Assembly (NCBI GenBank): GCA_045106895.1
Contig: JBGCFM010000205.1
Location: 1 to 54,125 of the forward strand
From: Polyangiales bacterium
Lineage (GTDB): Bacteria > Myxococcota_A > Polyangia > Polyangiales > Houyiibacteriaceae
Direction of reading: 5' to 3'
Length of the DNA stretch: 54,125 bases
Numbering within the stretch: the stretch's first letter is position 1; every line of letters begins with the position of its first letter. A program made the position numbers and the translations under genes. The notes under the pieces were generated by a model. It worked only from the letters and a program-made list of their open reading frames with translations, did not search any database and had not been told where the DNA came from. Shown one piece after another: positions 35,443-44,144 of this stretch.

Positions 35443-35774
35443 TCGAAGTCGCTCCAGTCACCCACCACGTCTCGCGACCCGCCATGGTCTTCGCCAATGT
35501 GGATAAACTCGACTTTGCGCGTACGAACGCGATGCTCTGCTTCGATGAAAGACGCGATGGTGTCCACCATTTCGTTCGCATGACCCCGCTCATTCGACGT
35601 CACACAGACACCGATTTCGCCTTGGTCCAGGTTGTCGTGGGCTCCGACTTCGCTGACGGCTGCGTTGAAAGAATGTCGCGCCCGGTCGATGACCCGGCGC
35701 ATTTGCATTCGTTTCTCCTTGAGGGAACGGACTCCCTCAAGCTGCAGCATCACTCGAAGTACGCCGACGACCAT
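35439..35774 (-). CDS. ylxP: DUF503 (YlxP) family protein
   Basis: MVVGVLRV.L...RSLKEKR...FNAAVSEV...D. Located between infB and rbfA. Confidence 0.9.
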   Translation of the reverse strand: MVVGVLRVMLQLEGVRSLKEKRMQMRRVIDRARHSFNAAVSEVGAHDNLDQGEIGVCVTSNERGHANEMVDTIASFIEAEHRVRTRKVEFIHIGEDHGGSRDVVGDWSDFE

Positions 35775-35790
35775 ACTTGGTTAGACGACG

Positions 35791-38478
35791 CTAGAGCGTC
35801 GCCGCCACTTCCTCGACCTCGAAGCACTCGATAACGTCGCCAACCTTGACGTCGTTGTAGCCTTCAAGCCCGATACCACACTCAAAACCGTTGGAGACGT
35901 CCGCGACACTGTCTTTGAAGCGTCGCAACGAGCCCATTTCGCCGGTCCAGACCACGATTCCGTCACGAACAAGGCGTGCCTTGCCGTTGCGGAGCATCTT
36001 TCCGTTGGTGACCATGCAACCGGCAATCGTACCGATTTTCGGAATACCAAAGGTCTCTCGAACCTCAGCCGAGCCGACGTCCTTGTTGACGAGGTCTGGA
36101 GCGAGGAGCCCAGCCATGGCCAACTTCACATCGCCAAGGGCCTCGTAGATGACGCTGTAGCTGCGAATCTCAACGCCGCTCTTCTTTGCGACGGATCCAG
36201 CCTTGCCCTGTGGGCGAACGTTGAAGCCAATGATGATGCCGTTGCTGGCGCCGGCGAGCATGACGTCGTTCTCGGTGATTCCGCCAACACCCGTGTGGAT
36301 GATTTTGACGCGAACCTTTTCCGTCGAGAGGTCTTCGAGAGACTTCTTGAGCGCCTCGATGGAACCTTGAACGTCGGCTTTGACGACGAGCTGCAGCTCT
36401 TCCTGCTCGCCGCTCTGAAGGAACTGCTGGAACTGGTCGAGCCCGCGGGGAGCCGAGATAGGCTGGCCGCCCTTGTTCTGCGCGGCGGAAACGCCGGCCA
36501 CTTCTTGCGCTTTCTTCGCGTCGGTAACCTTGAAGATTCGGTCACCAGCGGATGGAAGCGACGCCAAACCAAGGAGCTCGATCGGTGTTGCTGGTCCGGC
36601 AACCTTGATCTTCTTGCCTCGGTCATCGGTCATCGCCTTGACGCGACCCCAAGAAGCTCCCGCGACCACGAAGTCGCCGGGCTTGAGCGTGCCGTCTCGC
36701 ACGAGCACGTTCGCCACAACACCGCGGCCACGGTCGACCTTGGCCTCAAGCACGACGCCCTCGGCGGGAATCGCGTCATTGGCCTGAAGTTCGAGAACCT
36801 CCGAGGTGAGCAAGATTGCGTCGAGGAGCTTGTCGAGGCCGGAGCCTGTCATCGCGCTCGTCGGCACAAAGATGGTCTCGCCACCCCAGTCCTCGGGCTG
36901 GAGGCCCAAGGCTGCGAGCTCGTTCTTGACCTTCTCTGGGTTGGCGCCGTCCTTGTCCATCTTGTTGACGGCAACGATGATCGGCACGCCAGCCGCTTGG
37001 GAGTGGCTCACGGCCTCTCGCGTCTGTGGCATCACGCCATCGTCTGCCGCTGTCACAAGGACAACAACATCGGTGGCTTGCGCACCACGAGCACGCATCG
37101 CCGTGAAGGCTTCATGGCCCGGGGTGTCGAGGAAGACGATGTCGCCCTTCTTCGTTTCGACGCGGAAAGCGCTGATGTGCTGGGTGATCCCGCCCGCTTC
37201 GCCGCTGGCGACGTTCTCTGTGCGGATCTTGTCCAAAAGAGACGTCTTACCGTGGTCGACATGACCCATGATGGTCACGATCGGCGCACGTGTTCGACGG
37301 TCTTCTTCGTTGTTCTCGAAGTCACCGCGGGCGTCGCCGACGACCTCGTCCTCGGAGCGCGCAACGTTTTCGACTTCGTAGCCGAACTCGTCGGCGATGA
37401 TGATCGCCGTCTCTGCGTCCAGCGTGCTGTTGATATGCACGCCGCCCACGCCCATTTGCATGAGCTTCATGAGCAGATCCGTAGCCTTGAGGCTCATGCG
37501 CTGAGCAAGCATCTGCAACGCGATCTGATCCTCGATGCGAATCTTTCGCTTCGCCGCCGATGGCGTGGTGATGACCGTCTGGCGTGGCTTTTTGCCCGGC
37601 TCTTTTCTTCGCTTGCCGCGACCATGGGGCCGAGTGGCAGCGCCGATGCTGGCGCGACCGCGGATCTCACGACGACGGGTCGTCGGGCGCTGAGCGGCGT
37701 GCTCAGCCACGATTCGTTGGCGCTCTTCCTCGGAGAGGCGGGCACCAGCGCTTGGCGCAGCGGTGTTGCCACGCTTCGTCACGCCGGGAGGCAGAGGAGC
37801 ATGTCCAAAGCGTTCTGCGAGGGGTGCAGGCTCGGCGCTCGGGTCCACCTTCTGTCGGGGCTCTGCGGACGGCTCAACGAGCGTGGAGATGACCTGGCGC
37901 TCGAAGTGAATGACCTTTGGCGTTCGAACCTCAGGCTCCGGCTTCGCCTCGGCTTCCGGCTTGGCGGCCTCGGGTTCAGCCGCGGCTGGCGGAGTCGCCT
38001 CCTCGGCGGCCTCGGGTGCAGCTGCTTCAACAGGAGCGGCTGCTTCCACAACCGCTTCTGGTGCTGGTGGAGCGGCTTCGACAACTTCCGGCGCGACGGG
38101 CTCAGGCGCCGCGGGCTCTGGAGCCGCCTCGACGACAGGCTCCGGCGCGGCCTCGGCCATCGGTGGCGGTCGCTCCGCAGGACGAGGCTCAGCGGCGACG
38201 ACCGGAGGCTCAGGCTCTGGCGCAGCGGCGATCACCTCTGGCTCCGGCTTTGCCTTCTTGCGAACGCGTCGACGCGTAACCGTTGGACGAATCTTCGTCT
38301 CCACAAGATCGCCAACACGCTCTTTCTCAAGAGCACGCTTAACCTGGTCGACTTCCGCCGATTCCAGGACGCTCATGTGGTTTCGAACCTGAATGCCGAG
38401 TGCTGCGATGCGCTGGATAAGCTCTCGATTCTCAAGCCCCAGCTCTCGCGCTACTTCGTATACCCGAACCTTACTCAT
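35791..38478 (-). CDS. infB: Translation initiation factor IF-2
   Basis: N-terminal [12 protein letters not shown], Pro/Ala/Glu linker, [33 protein letters not shown]. Confidence 0.99.
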   Translation of the reverse strand: MSKVRVYEVARELGLENRELIQRIAALGIQVRNHMSVLESAEVDQVKRALEKERVGDLVETKIRPTVTRRRVRKKAKPEPEVIAAAPEPEPPVVAAEPRPAERPPPMAEAAPEPVVEAAPEPAAPEPVAPEVVEAAPPAPEAVVEAAAPVEAAAPEAAEEATPPAAAEPEAAKPEAEAKPEPEVRTPKVIHFERQVISTLVEPSAEPRQKVDPSAEPAPLAERFGHAPLPPGVTKRGNTAAPSAGARLSEEERQRIVAEHAAQRPTTRRREIRGRASIGAATRPHGRGKRRKEPGKKPRQTVITTPSAAKRKIRIEDQIALQMLAQRMSLKATDLLMKLMQMGVGGVHINSTLDAETAIIIADEFGYEVENVARSEDEVVGDARGDFENNEEDRRTRAPIVTIMGHVDHGKTSLLDKIRTENVASGEAGGITQHISAFRVETKKGDIVFLDTPGHEAFTAMRARGAQATDVVVLVTAADDGVMPQTREAVSHSQAAGVPIIVAVNKMDKDGANPEKVKNELAALGLQPEDWGGETIFVPTSAMTGSGLDKLLDAILLTSEVLELQANDAIPAEGVVLEAKVDRGRGVVANVLVRDGTLKPGDFVVAGASWGRVKAMTDDRGKKIKVAGPATPIELLGLASLPSAGDRIFKVTDAKKAQEVAGVSAAQNKGGQPISAPRGLDQFQQFLQSGEQEELQLVVKADVQGSIEALKKSLEDLSTEKVRVKIIHTGVGGITENDVMLAGASNGIIIGFNVRPQGKAGSVAKKSGVEIRSYSVIYEALGDVKLAMAGLLAPDLVNKDVGSAEVRETFGIPKIGTIAGCMVTNGKMLRNGKARLVRDGIVVWTGEMGSLRRFKDSVADVSNGFECGIGLEGYNDVKVGDVIECFEVEEVAATL

Positions 38479-38483
38479 GCGTA

Positions 38484-39140
38484 CTACCGGTCTCCCGCGG
38501 CGCGATGTCCTACGCCGCCGTCGTCATAGGTGAAGTCATCTGTAGTGCGCAAGCCGGCGAGGTGAGCCGTCACCCGCAATACTTCCGCTCCAATGCCTTC
38601 GTCTTCAATGCTGTACACTCCGACCTCATCACGGCCAAAAGCCGCTCCGATGTCTGTTTTGGAGCCGTAAATCGCCACTCGTTCTGACAAACTCTCGAGT
38701 TGTGCGCGACGCCCAGCAGCGTCTTCTGCCACGCCCAACACTTTTGAGCGTCGCGCGTGAATACTCTCTCGAACCTGGTCGGTACCAAACACGACCTTTC
38801 GAGCACGGTAGCCTCCGCCAACGAGAGACATAAGCCTCCGCTCGAGCTGAGACTGTAGCAGTTCGATGACGGACTCGACATCGACTTGAGCGGAACGCTT
38901 CAGAGCACGCTGAAAACCGCCCTTGCGGGAGGCTCGTTCAAAGCATGTGCGCTTGGATTCGATCCAAGCTCCACGCCCACCAAGCTTGTTCTTGGCGTCA
39001 GGAACCACGTGTGGAGCCCCGTCCAGCACAGCCAGACGCACGAGTTCGCTCTGCGGCATGACCTGCCGGCAGCCGATGCATGTACGCATCGGAGGAACTC
39101 GGGTTGCGTGTGACGCAGCCACTGGGAACTCCACGTTCAT
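38484..39140 (-). CDS. ylxR: YlxR (DUF448) fused to an L7Ae/YlxQ-like domain
   Basis: RTCIGCRQ...GRGAWI...C...FQRALK, then RARKVVFGTDQV...AEDAA...SKTDIGAAFGR. Located between nusA and infB; start uncertain. Confidence 0.85.
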   Translation of the reverse strand: MNVEFPVAASHATRVPPMRTCIGCRQVMPQSELVRLAVLDGAPHVVPDAKNKLGGRGAWIESKRTCFERASRKGGFQRALKRSAQVDVESVIELLQSQLERRLMSLVGGGYRARKVVFGTDQVRESIHARRSKVLGVAEDAAGRRAQLESLSERVAIYGSKTDIGAAFGRDEVGVYSIEDEGIGAEVLRVTAHLAGLRTTDDFTYDDGGVGHRAAGDR

Positions 39141-39144
39141 GGGT

Positions 39145-40926
39145 TCAGGCGCCACCTTCCGGACGGGTCTCAGCGGGTGCCTCTGCCGCAGCGGCAGCCT
39201 CAGTCGCGGCGAGTTCCGCTGCTTCTCGAGCGGCCTCGGCTTCTGCGGCCTCGCGAGCGATCTCCGCTTCGGCGTCCGCTTGTTCCTTGGCCTTCGCTAC
39301 GCCCGCTTCGATGCCGGCCCAGTCGTTGTCCAAGAAAGACTGCACTGCATCTTGGAGCGCGCTGGCACGTTGAGCGCCAAGGCCGGACTTGATCGCAAGG
39401 CGGTCGATGTCCTCTTCCGAGATGATGCTGTTGAGTGTGCCGTAGCCGCCCTTCTCGAGGAGACCCGCAACACGCTCGTTGACGCCGCTGACCAGAAGGA
39501 GACGGTCGTGCTCGGAAGGAAGGTGCGGAAGTGACGCCGCGTGGGTGACCCACTCCTTACGAAGGTCTTCCATTCCAACCTTCGCTTTGGCGCGAATGCC
39601 TTCGACCATCGCTTCTTCGAGACCGTCTACGGTCGTGAGCTCTTCGGTCGGGGCATCGGCCACCTCGTCGAGGGTTCGGAAACCCATGCGGTAGAGGTTG
39701 CGAGCGAGCTCGACATCGCCAACGCGGGCGAGCGCGCTCATGGCGTCCTCTTCCATCTGCTCGAAGCGGCTTTCACTGACGATATCGAGCTTCCAAGTGG
39801 TCAACTGAGACGCCAAGCGGACGTTCTGTCCACGGCGGCCAATCGCGAGGCTTAGTTTCTGGTCGGCGACGACAAGTTCCATGGTCTTGTTCGCTTCGTC
39901 GATGACGACGCGAGCCGGCTCGGCCGGAGAAATGGCATCGCATACAAAGCGAGCTGGGTCCCGGCTGAATGGAACGATATCGATCTTTTCGCCGCGGAGC
40001 TCTTGGACAACCGCCTGAACGCGTGAGCCCTTCATGCCGACGCATGCGCCGACTGGATCGACGTCGCTGTCTCGGCTGCTCACGGCGATCTTGGAGCGTG
40101 CTCCGGGTTCGCGGGCGGCGGCGACGATGCGGACGATTCCCTCGTAGATCTCGGGAACTTCCATCTCGAAGAGCTTCACCAGGAGACCCACATCCGTTCG
40201 GGAGAGAACGAGCTGTGGACCGCGCGCTTCGCGGTCGATCTTCTTGAGAACCGCAACGATTCGGTCGCCGGGTCGGTAAGACTCGCGGGGCGTTTGCTCA
40301 CGCGAAGGCAAGATCGCTTCAACCTCTTGAGCGTCCGCGTCGCCCATCTGGCGTTCACGCTCAAGGCCGACGATGATGTTCGAACCGCGCTCGAAACGGC
40401 GGACGATGCCGCTGACGATTTCGCCCTGGCGGTCGTTGAACTCGTTGTAGACGCGCTCACGCTCTGCGTCGCGAACACGCTGAATAATGACCTGCTTCGC
40501 CGTCTGCGCCGCGATGCGGCCAAAGCCAGCACGCGCCTGCTCGAGCCCGAGAAGCGTCCCGAACTCACGGTCCTGCTTGCGCGCCTGCTCGACGTGGTCG
40601 GCGAGATAGAAGATCTGAAAACCCAGCTCGTCACCCGAGGTGAGCGGGCTGTCCGGGTCGTCGAGGCCGTGGCGACGTGCATCTTCGATGCTGATCTCCG
40701 TGTCCTCGTCGTCCACTTCGTCAACGACGGTCATGTAGAGCTGAAGATCAACGGCGCCGGTCTCTTCGTTGAAACTGGCCTCGAGTTCCTTCTCCGCCCC
40801 GAATTGACGCTTGGCTGCCGTCAGAATCGCCTGCTCGATAGCCTCAATGAGCACCTTGGGCTCAATGCGCTTCTTCTTGCTGACCTGCTCGATGACCGCC
40901 ATCAGTGGCGCTTCGCTTGTGCTCAT
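39145..40926 (-). CDS. nusA: Transcription termination/antitermination factor NusA
   Basis: FGRIAAQTAKQVI, S1 domain, AREPGARSKIAV, DPVGACVGMKGSRV, LSLAIGRRGQNVRLA, C-terminal HhH-like repeats. ATG at 40926. Confidence 0.98.
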   Translation of the reverse strand: MSTSEAPLMAVIEQVSKKKRIEPKVLIEAIEQAILTAAKRQFGAEKELEASFNEETGAVDLQLYMTVVDEVDDEDTEISIEDARRHGLDDPDSPLTSGDELGFQIFYLADHVEQARKQDREFGTLLGLEQARAGFGRIAAQTAKQVIIQRVRDAERERVYNEFNDRQGEIVSGIVRRFERGSNIIVGLERERQMGDADAQEVEAILPSREQTPRESYRPGDRIVAVLKKIDREARGPQLVLSRTDVGLLVKLFEMEVPEIYEGIVRIVAAAREPGARSKIAVSSRDSDVDPVGACVGMKGSRVQAVVQELRGEKIDIVPFSRDPARFVCDAISPAEPARVVIDEANKTMELVVADQKLSLAIGRRGQNVRLASQLTTWKLDIVSESRFEQMEEDAMSALARVGDVELARNLYRMGFRTLDEVADAPTEELTTVDGLEEAMVEGIRAKAKVGMEDLRKEWVTHAASLPHLPSEHDRLLLVSGVNERVAGLLEKGGYGTLNSIISEEDIDRLAIKSGLGAQRASALQDAVQSFLDNDWAGIEAGVAKAKEQADAEAEIAREAAEAEAAREAAELAATEAAAAAEAPAETRPEGGA

Positions 40927-40930
40927 TGGT

Positions 40931-41434
40931 TTACCGTTCGAATCGATGGACAAGGTTGGCTTTGGCGATGGACTCATGCGGAATCGAAAAGGTTTCCCCA
41001 TCGATTTCGAGCGAGACGACATCACCCTCTACCCCTCGAAGCCAGCCGGTGAAGCTCTTACGCCCCTCCACTGGTCCAAAGGTCTTAATTTTGGCCTCGC
41101 GGCCCGTGAACTTCTCGAAATCTCCTAGGCGCACCAGAGGGCGCTCGATTCCGGGACTCGAAACTTCGAGCCTGTATTGAATGCTCGCGAACAGCTCTTC
41201 GTGCACATCCATCGCGGTGGAGAGGTCCCGGCTCACATTCTGGCAGTCGGCGACGTAAATCGCGCTTCCAGGCTTCGGGTCTTCCGGTGGACGTTCACGG
41301 TCGATGGTGACGCGGTACGTGGTTGCTTTGGGCCCTGAGAGAGAACGCACGTCGACAAGCTCTACGCCGTGAACGGCGCAAATGGGCTCTGCGAGAGCCA
41401 TCACTTCTTGTTCGAGCTTGGTGTGTCGGGCCAT
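40931..41434 (-). CDS. rimP: Ribosome maturation factor RimP
   Basis: ELVDV, RVTID, DCQNVSRDLS, YRLEVSSPGIERPL, IAKANLV. Confidence 0.96.
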   Translation of the reverse strand: MARHTKLEQEVMALAEPICAVHGVELVDVRSLSGPKATTYRVTIDRERPPEDPKPGSAIYVADCQNVSRDLSTAMDVHEELFASIQYRLEVSSPGIERPLVRLGDFEKFTGREAKIKTFGPVEGRKSFTGWLRGVEGDVVSLEIDGETFSIPHESIAKANLVHRFER

Positions 41435-41499
41435 AAAAAGGGTACTAAATACCTGAAAATACTACACTTGCGTGAATCGCAGATCTTTGCCGAGGCCAG

Positions 41500-41527
41500 A
41501 AAAAAAGGCAGGTCCGAGAACCTGCCT
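41500..41527 (-). terminator. Intrinsic terminator in the rimP 5' leader (attenuator candidate)
   Basis: Minus strand AGGCAGGT-tctcgg-ACCTGCCT running into a U7 tract (plus-strand A run 41500-41506). Confidence 0.8.
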
Positions 41528-41555
41528 CCATGGGTTCAACCGCGAAGACGAGCGC

Positions 41556-41584
41556 GTCATAACACGCACCTTGGACCCCAGCAA
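41556..41584 (-). promoter_or_regulatory. Putative sigma70 promoter of the rimP-nusA-infB operon
   Basis: TTGCTG-N17-TATGAC with an extended TG, upstream of the leader terminator. Confidence 0.55.
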
Positions 41585-41632
41585 GCGCTTGCCGTCGCAA
41601 CTTGGAAGAGAGATGAGACCTCAAACGAGGAC

Positions 41633-42061
41633 TCAAGAAGCTTCGGAGATCACACCCATGAGCTCATCCCGGTGGATGTCGGCGTAATAGAGGAGCGCCG
41701 AGAGGCCGTCGCGCAGCTCGCTCGCCTGAAGATCTTTCGTGGGGTGCGAAACCGAGAGCACGACATCGAGATCGTCGTCGATGCAGAACTTCGCCATGAA
41801 GAGCACCTGGTTGAGCTCGAGGAGGCGGTCGTAGAGGGCCTTGCAGAGCTCATCGTCTTCAGGGGAGGACATGAAGGGAATGATGGCCATTGTGATCAGC
41901 CCTCTTTCCTCGTCCACGTGAACCATAAACGGGAAGATATTGTCCCGGGACCGGAAGCGTCCACGCCAGCAGAGGTGGTCGATGCGCGCGAAGCGGTGCC
42001 CGTCCGCTTCGAGGATGGCTTCGATGCTCTCATGGTCATGGCCGATGGTAATGCGCGACAC
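41633..42061 (-). CDS. YbjN / type III chaperone-fold protein
   Basis: Small acidic protein with the LYDRLLELNQVLFMAKFCIDDDLDVVLS pattern typical of YbjN/CesT-like folds. Confidence 0.65.
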   Translation of the reverse strand: MSRITIGHDHESIEAILEADGHRFARIDHLCWRGRFRSRDNIFPFMVHVDEERGLITMAIIPFMSSPEDDELCKALYDRLLELNQVLFMAKFCIDDDLDVVLSVSHPTKDLQASELRDGLSALLYYADIHRDELMGVISEAS

Positions 42062-42110
42062 GCGGGCACCCTAGCCGGCCACCCAGGAGCAAACAAGCCA
42101 GAGTGTTGGG

Positions 42111-42866
42111 CTAATATTGAGCGGTGCCGTTGAGGATCTTGCGCGGGTTCTCGGCCAAGAGCTCTTGCGTCCGTTCTTCGCCTGCCAAGTCCCGGAGACG
42201 TTTGATGGCTTTGTGCACCAGCGCCACGTCGCTCGGGCGATGCGCGTCGCTGCAGGCGGCGTAGTAAACGTCCTCCTTCAGCATACGCTCGGCGGCTCCT
42301 TTCGGGCGCCGGCCGTAGCGCCCGACCAAGCTCATGATGTCGAGGAGAGGAAGCGCTCCGGCGTCTACCAGCGGGTCGAGAGCGTCGGTGCTTTTGAAAA
42401 GCGGCCGATAACGTTCCGGGTGAGCCAGAACCGGCTGCATACCTCGCACCTTCATGTCGAAGAAGCAGCGCTCAAGGCCTCGCGGGATGGCCTCCGGCGG
42501 AAGCTCGACAAGGGCGGCGTGCCCGCCTGGATACGGCAGCGATCGGCCATCGCGGAAAAGCCCAAACACCACGTCGTCGAAGAAGTGTTCTGCGCCGAGG
42601 TCCAACACAGGCATCCCACTTCGCTCGGCCGTGGCTGCACGAAACTCCGCGTGGGCTTTTTCCAGACCATCGCGCTCATTGGGAAACATCACGCTTCGGA
42701 TGTGGGGCGTGGCCACGACCATCGAAAAGCCCGCCTGTCGCAACCCTTCACACAGGGCGATGCCCTCCTCAAGAGTCTTGACCCCATCATCGACGCCAGG
42801 GATGTAGTGGCTGTGCAGATCGACGAAGCCCTCGCTCGGCACCTCATTCACAGGAACCACGCTCAC
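42111..42866 (-). CDS. PHP-family protein-tyrosine phosphatase (CpsB/CapC/YwqE-like)
   Basis: DLHSHYIPGVDDG, VATPH, GAEH, LAHPERY, SDAH. Confidence 0.9.
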   Translation of the reverse strand: MSVVPVNEVPSEGFVDLHSHYIPGVDDGVKTLEEGIALCEGLRQAGFSMVVATPHIRSVMFPNERDGLEKAHAEFRAATAERSGMPVLDLGAEHFFDDVVFGLFRDGRSLPYPGGHAALVELPPEAIPRGLERCFFDMKVRGMQPVLAHPERYRPLFKSTDALDPLVDAGALPLLDIMSLVGRYGRRPKGAAERMLKEDVYYAACSDAHRPSDVALVHKAIKRLRDLAGEERTQELLAENPRKILNGTAQY

Positions 42867-44092
42867 GAAGCCTCCTCGATGAGCGAATCGATGCGCGACA
42901 GAAGCGTCTCTCGTTCCGCAGTGGCTGGATCCACGATGGCTTCGTCGAGGAGCGTGCGCAGGATGTCGCCGACAAGGCGTCGTGGCCGATCGTTTAGGCG
43001 CGGCAAGATGTCGTGCCCACCCACAGGAAGGTCCTTGGTGCTCAGCGGCGGCTTGCGCGCGAGCTCCTCCTGGGCGGCGGCGCTGAAGGCTTCTCCTACG
43101 TCAGGGAAGACCGCCGCGACGTAGCGAAGTGAGGGAGCAAGGTATGTTTTTACGTTCGCGAGCCACCTTCGAAGCGGAGCACCTGAAAGCACCAAGTGGG
43201 GCACATCCATCGCGAGCAGGTGGAGAATCAGCTTTCGCTCGTCGTTGCTGAACCGATAATCCCGCAGCCACGCCTCCACCTGTTTTGCGGACACGGCTCG
43301 AAAGAGCCCGGCGAGCCGTTCCGCGCCCGTCGCTTGTGAGCGGTCGAGGATCGACAGATTCGTCGCCCAGTCGTCGTCACTCAATGCGCCGAGGGCGGGC
43401 GACGTTTGCGCGAGGATCCCGGTTCGCTTCATGACGACGAAGGCTCGACTCGGCTCACGAGCTTTCATCGCCTTGAGCCATTCCTCCCGCACACGCTCCG
43501 GACTCACTTTGGCGAACACCGGAAGTGCAGGCCGGAATGCAGCCTCGGTTTCCGGCGCGAGCTCGAACTCTAGCGTCGCGACAAAGCGCGCGCCCCGCAG
43601 AATCCGCAGGCCGTCTTCAGCGAAGCGCTCCGCAGGGGTGCCCACCGCACGGATCACGCGTGCTCCCAAATCTTCGAGACCGCCAAAAGGATCAACGATG
43701 GCACCCTCCACATCAACGGCGAGGGCGTTGACGCAGAAGTCGCGGCGCGCGAGGTCGTCCCGAATATCATCGACGAAAAATACTTCGTCCGGGCGACGGC
43801 CGTCGCTGTAGGCACCCTCCCCGCGCAACGTCGTCACCTCGTATCCTTCTCCTCGGTGGAGCACGGTGACGGTGCCGTGATCGATGCCCGTAGGCAGGAC
43901 TTTGCGGAACGCACGTGAGACCTGCTTGGGTGTCGCGGAGGTCGCGATGTCCCAATCCGATGGGTCTCTTCCCATGAGCCGGTCACGAACGCAGCCACCC
44001 ACGATCCACGCTCTGTAGCCGGCCTCGTTCAGACCCTTCGTGACCTCACGGACGCCCCGCGGGACATCGCTCATCGGGAACTCTTTCATCAC
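42863..44092 (-). CDS. cca: tRNA nucleotidyltransferase (class II, CCA-adding type)
   Basis: VGGCVRD...DWDIAT, flexible loop EGAYSDGRRP, DLARRDF, EDGLRILR, SPERVREE. No HD domain. Confidence 0.88.
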   Translation of the reverse strand: MMKEFPMSDVPRGVREVTKGLNEAGYRAWIVGGCVRDRLMGRDPSDWDIATSATPKQVSRAFRKVLPTGIDHGTVTVLHRGEGYEVTTLRGEGAYSDGRRPDEVFFVDDIRDDLARRDFCVNALAVDVEGAIVDPFGGLEDLGARVIRAVGTPAERFAEDGLRILRGARFVATLEFELAPETEAAFRPALPVFAKVSPERVREEWLKAMKAREPSRAFVVMKRTGILAQTSPALGALSDDDWATNLSILDRSQATGAERLAGLFRAVSAKQVEAWLRDYRFSNDERKLILHLLAMDVPHLVLSGAPLRRWLANVKTYLAPSLRYVAAVFPDVGEAFSAAAQEELARKPPLSTKDLPVGGHDILPRLNDRPRRLVGDILRTLLDEAIVDPATAERETLLSRIDSLIEEAS

Positions 44093-44144
44093 CGTCAGAG
44101 CATGGCACGGCGCGCCAGAGCGCGCACAGCGGCCCCTGCCTGGT

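Noticed and set aside
37900..38250. Repetitive Pro/Ala/Glu-coding tract in infB
   Set aside because: Ordinary low-complexity IF-2 N-terminal linker.
40927..41025. Extended N-termini called for nusA (41025), the ATPase-TPR gene (46961), the cyclotransferase (10374) and DUF350 (14465)
   Set aside because: They overlap neighbouring genes or promoters; downstream ATGs fit family N-termini better.
41435..41632. Possible tRNA-Met upstream of rimP, as in E. coli metY
   Set aside because: No cloverleaf, T-loop GTTCRA or CCA end visible.
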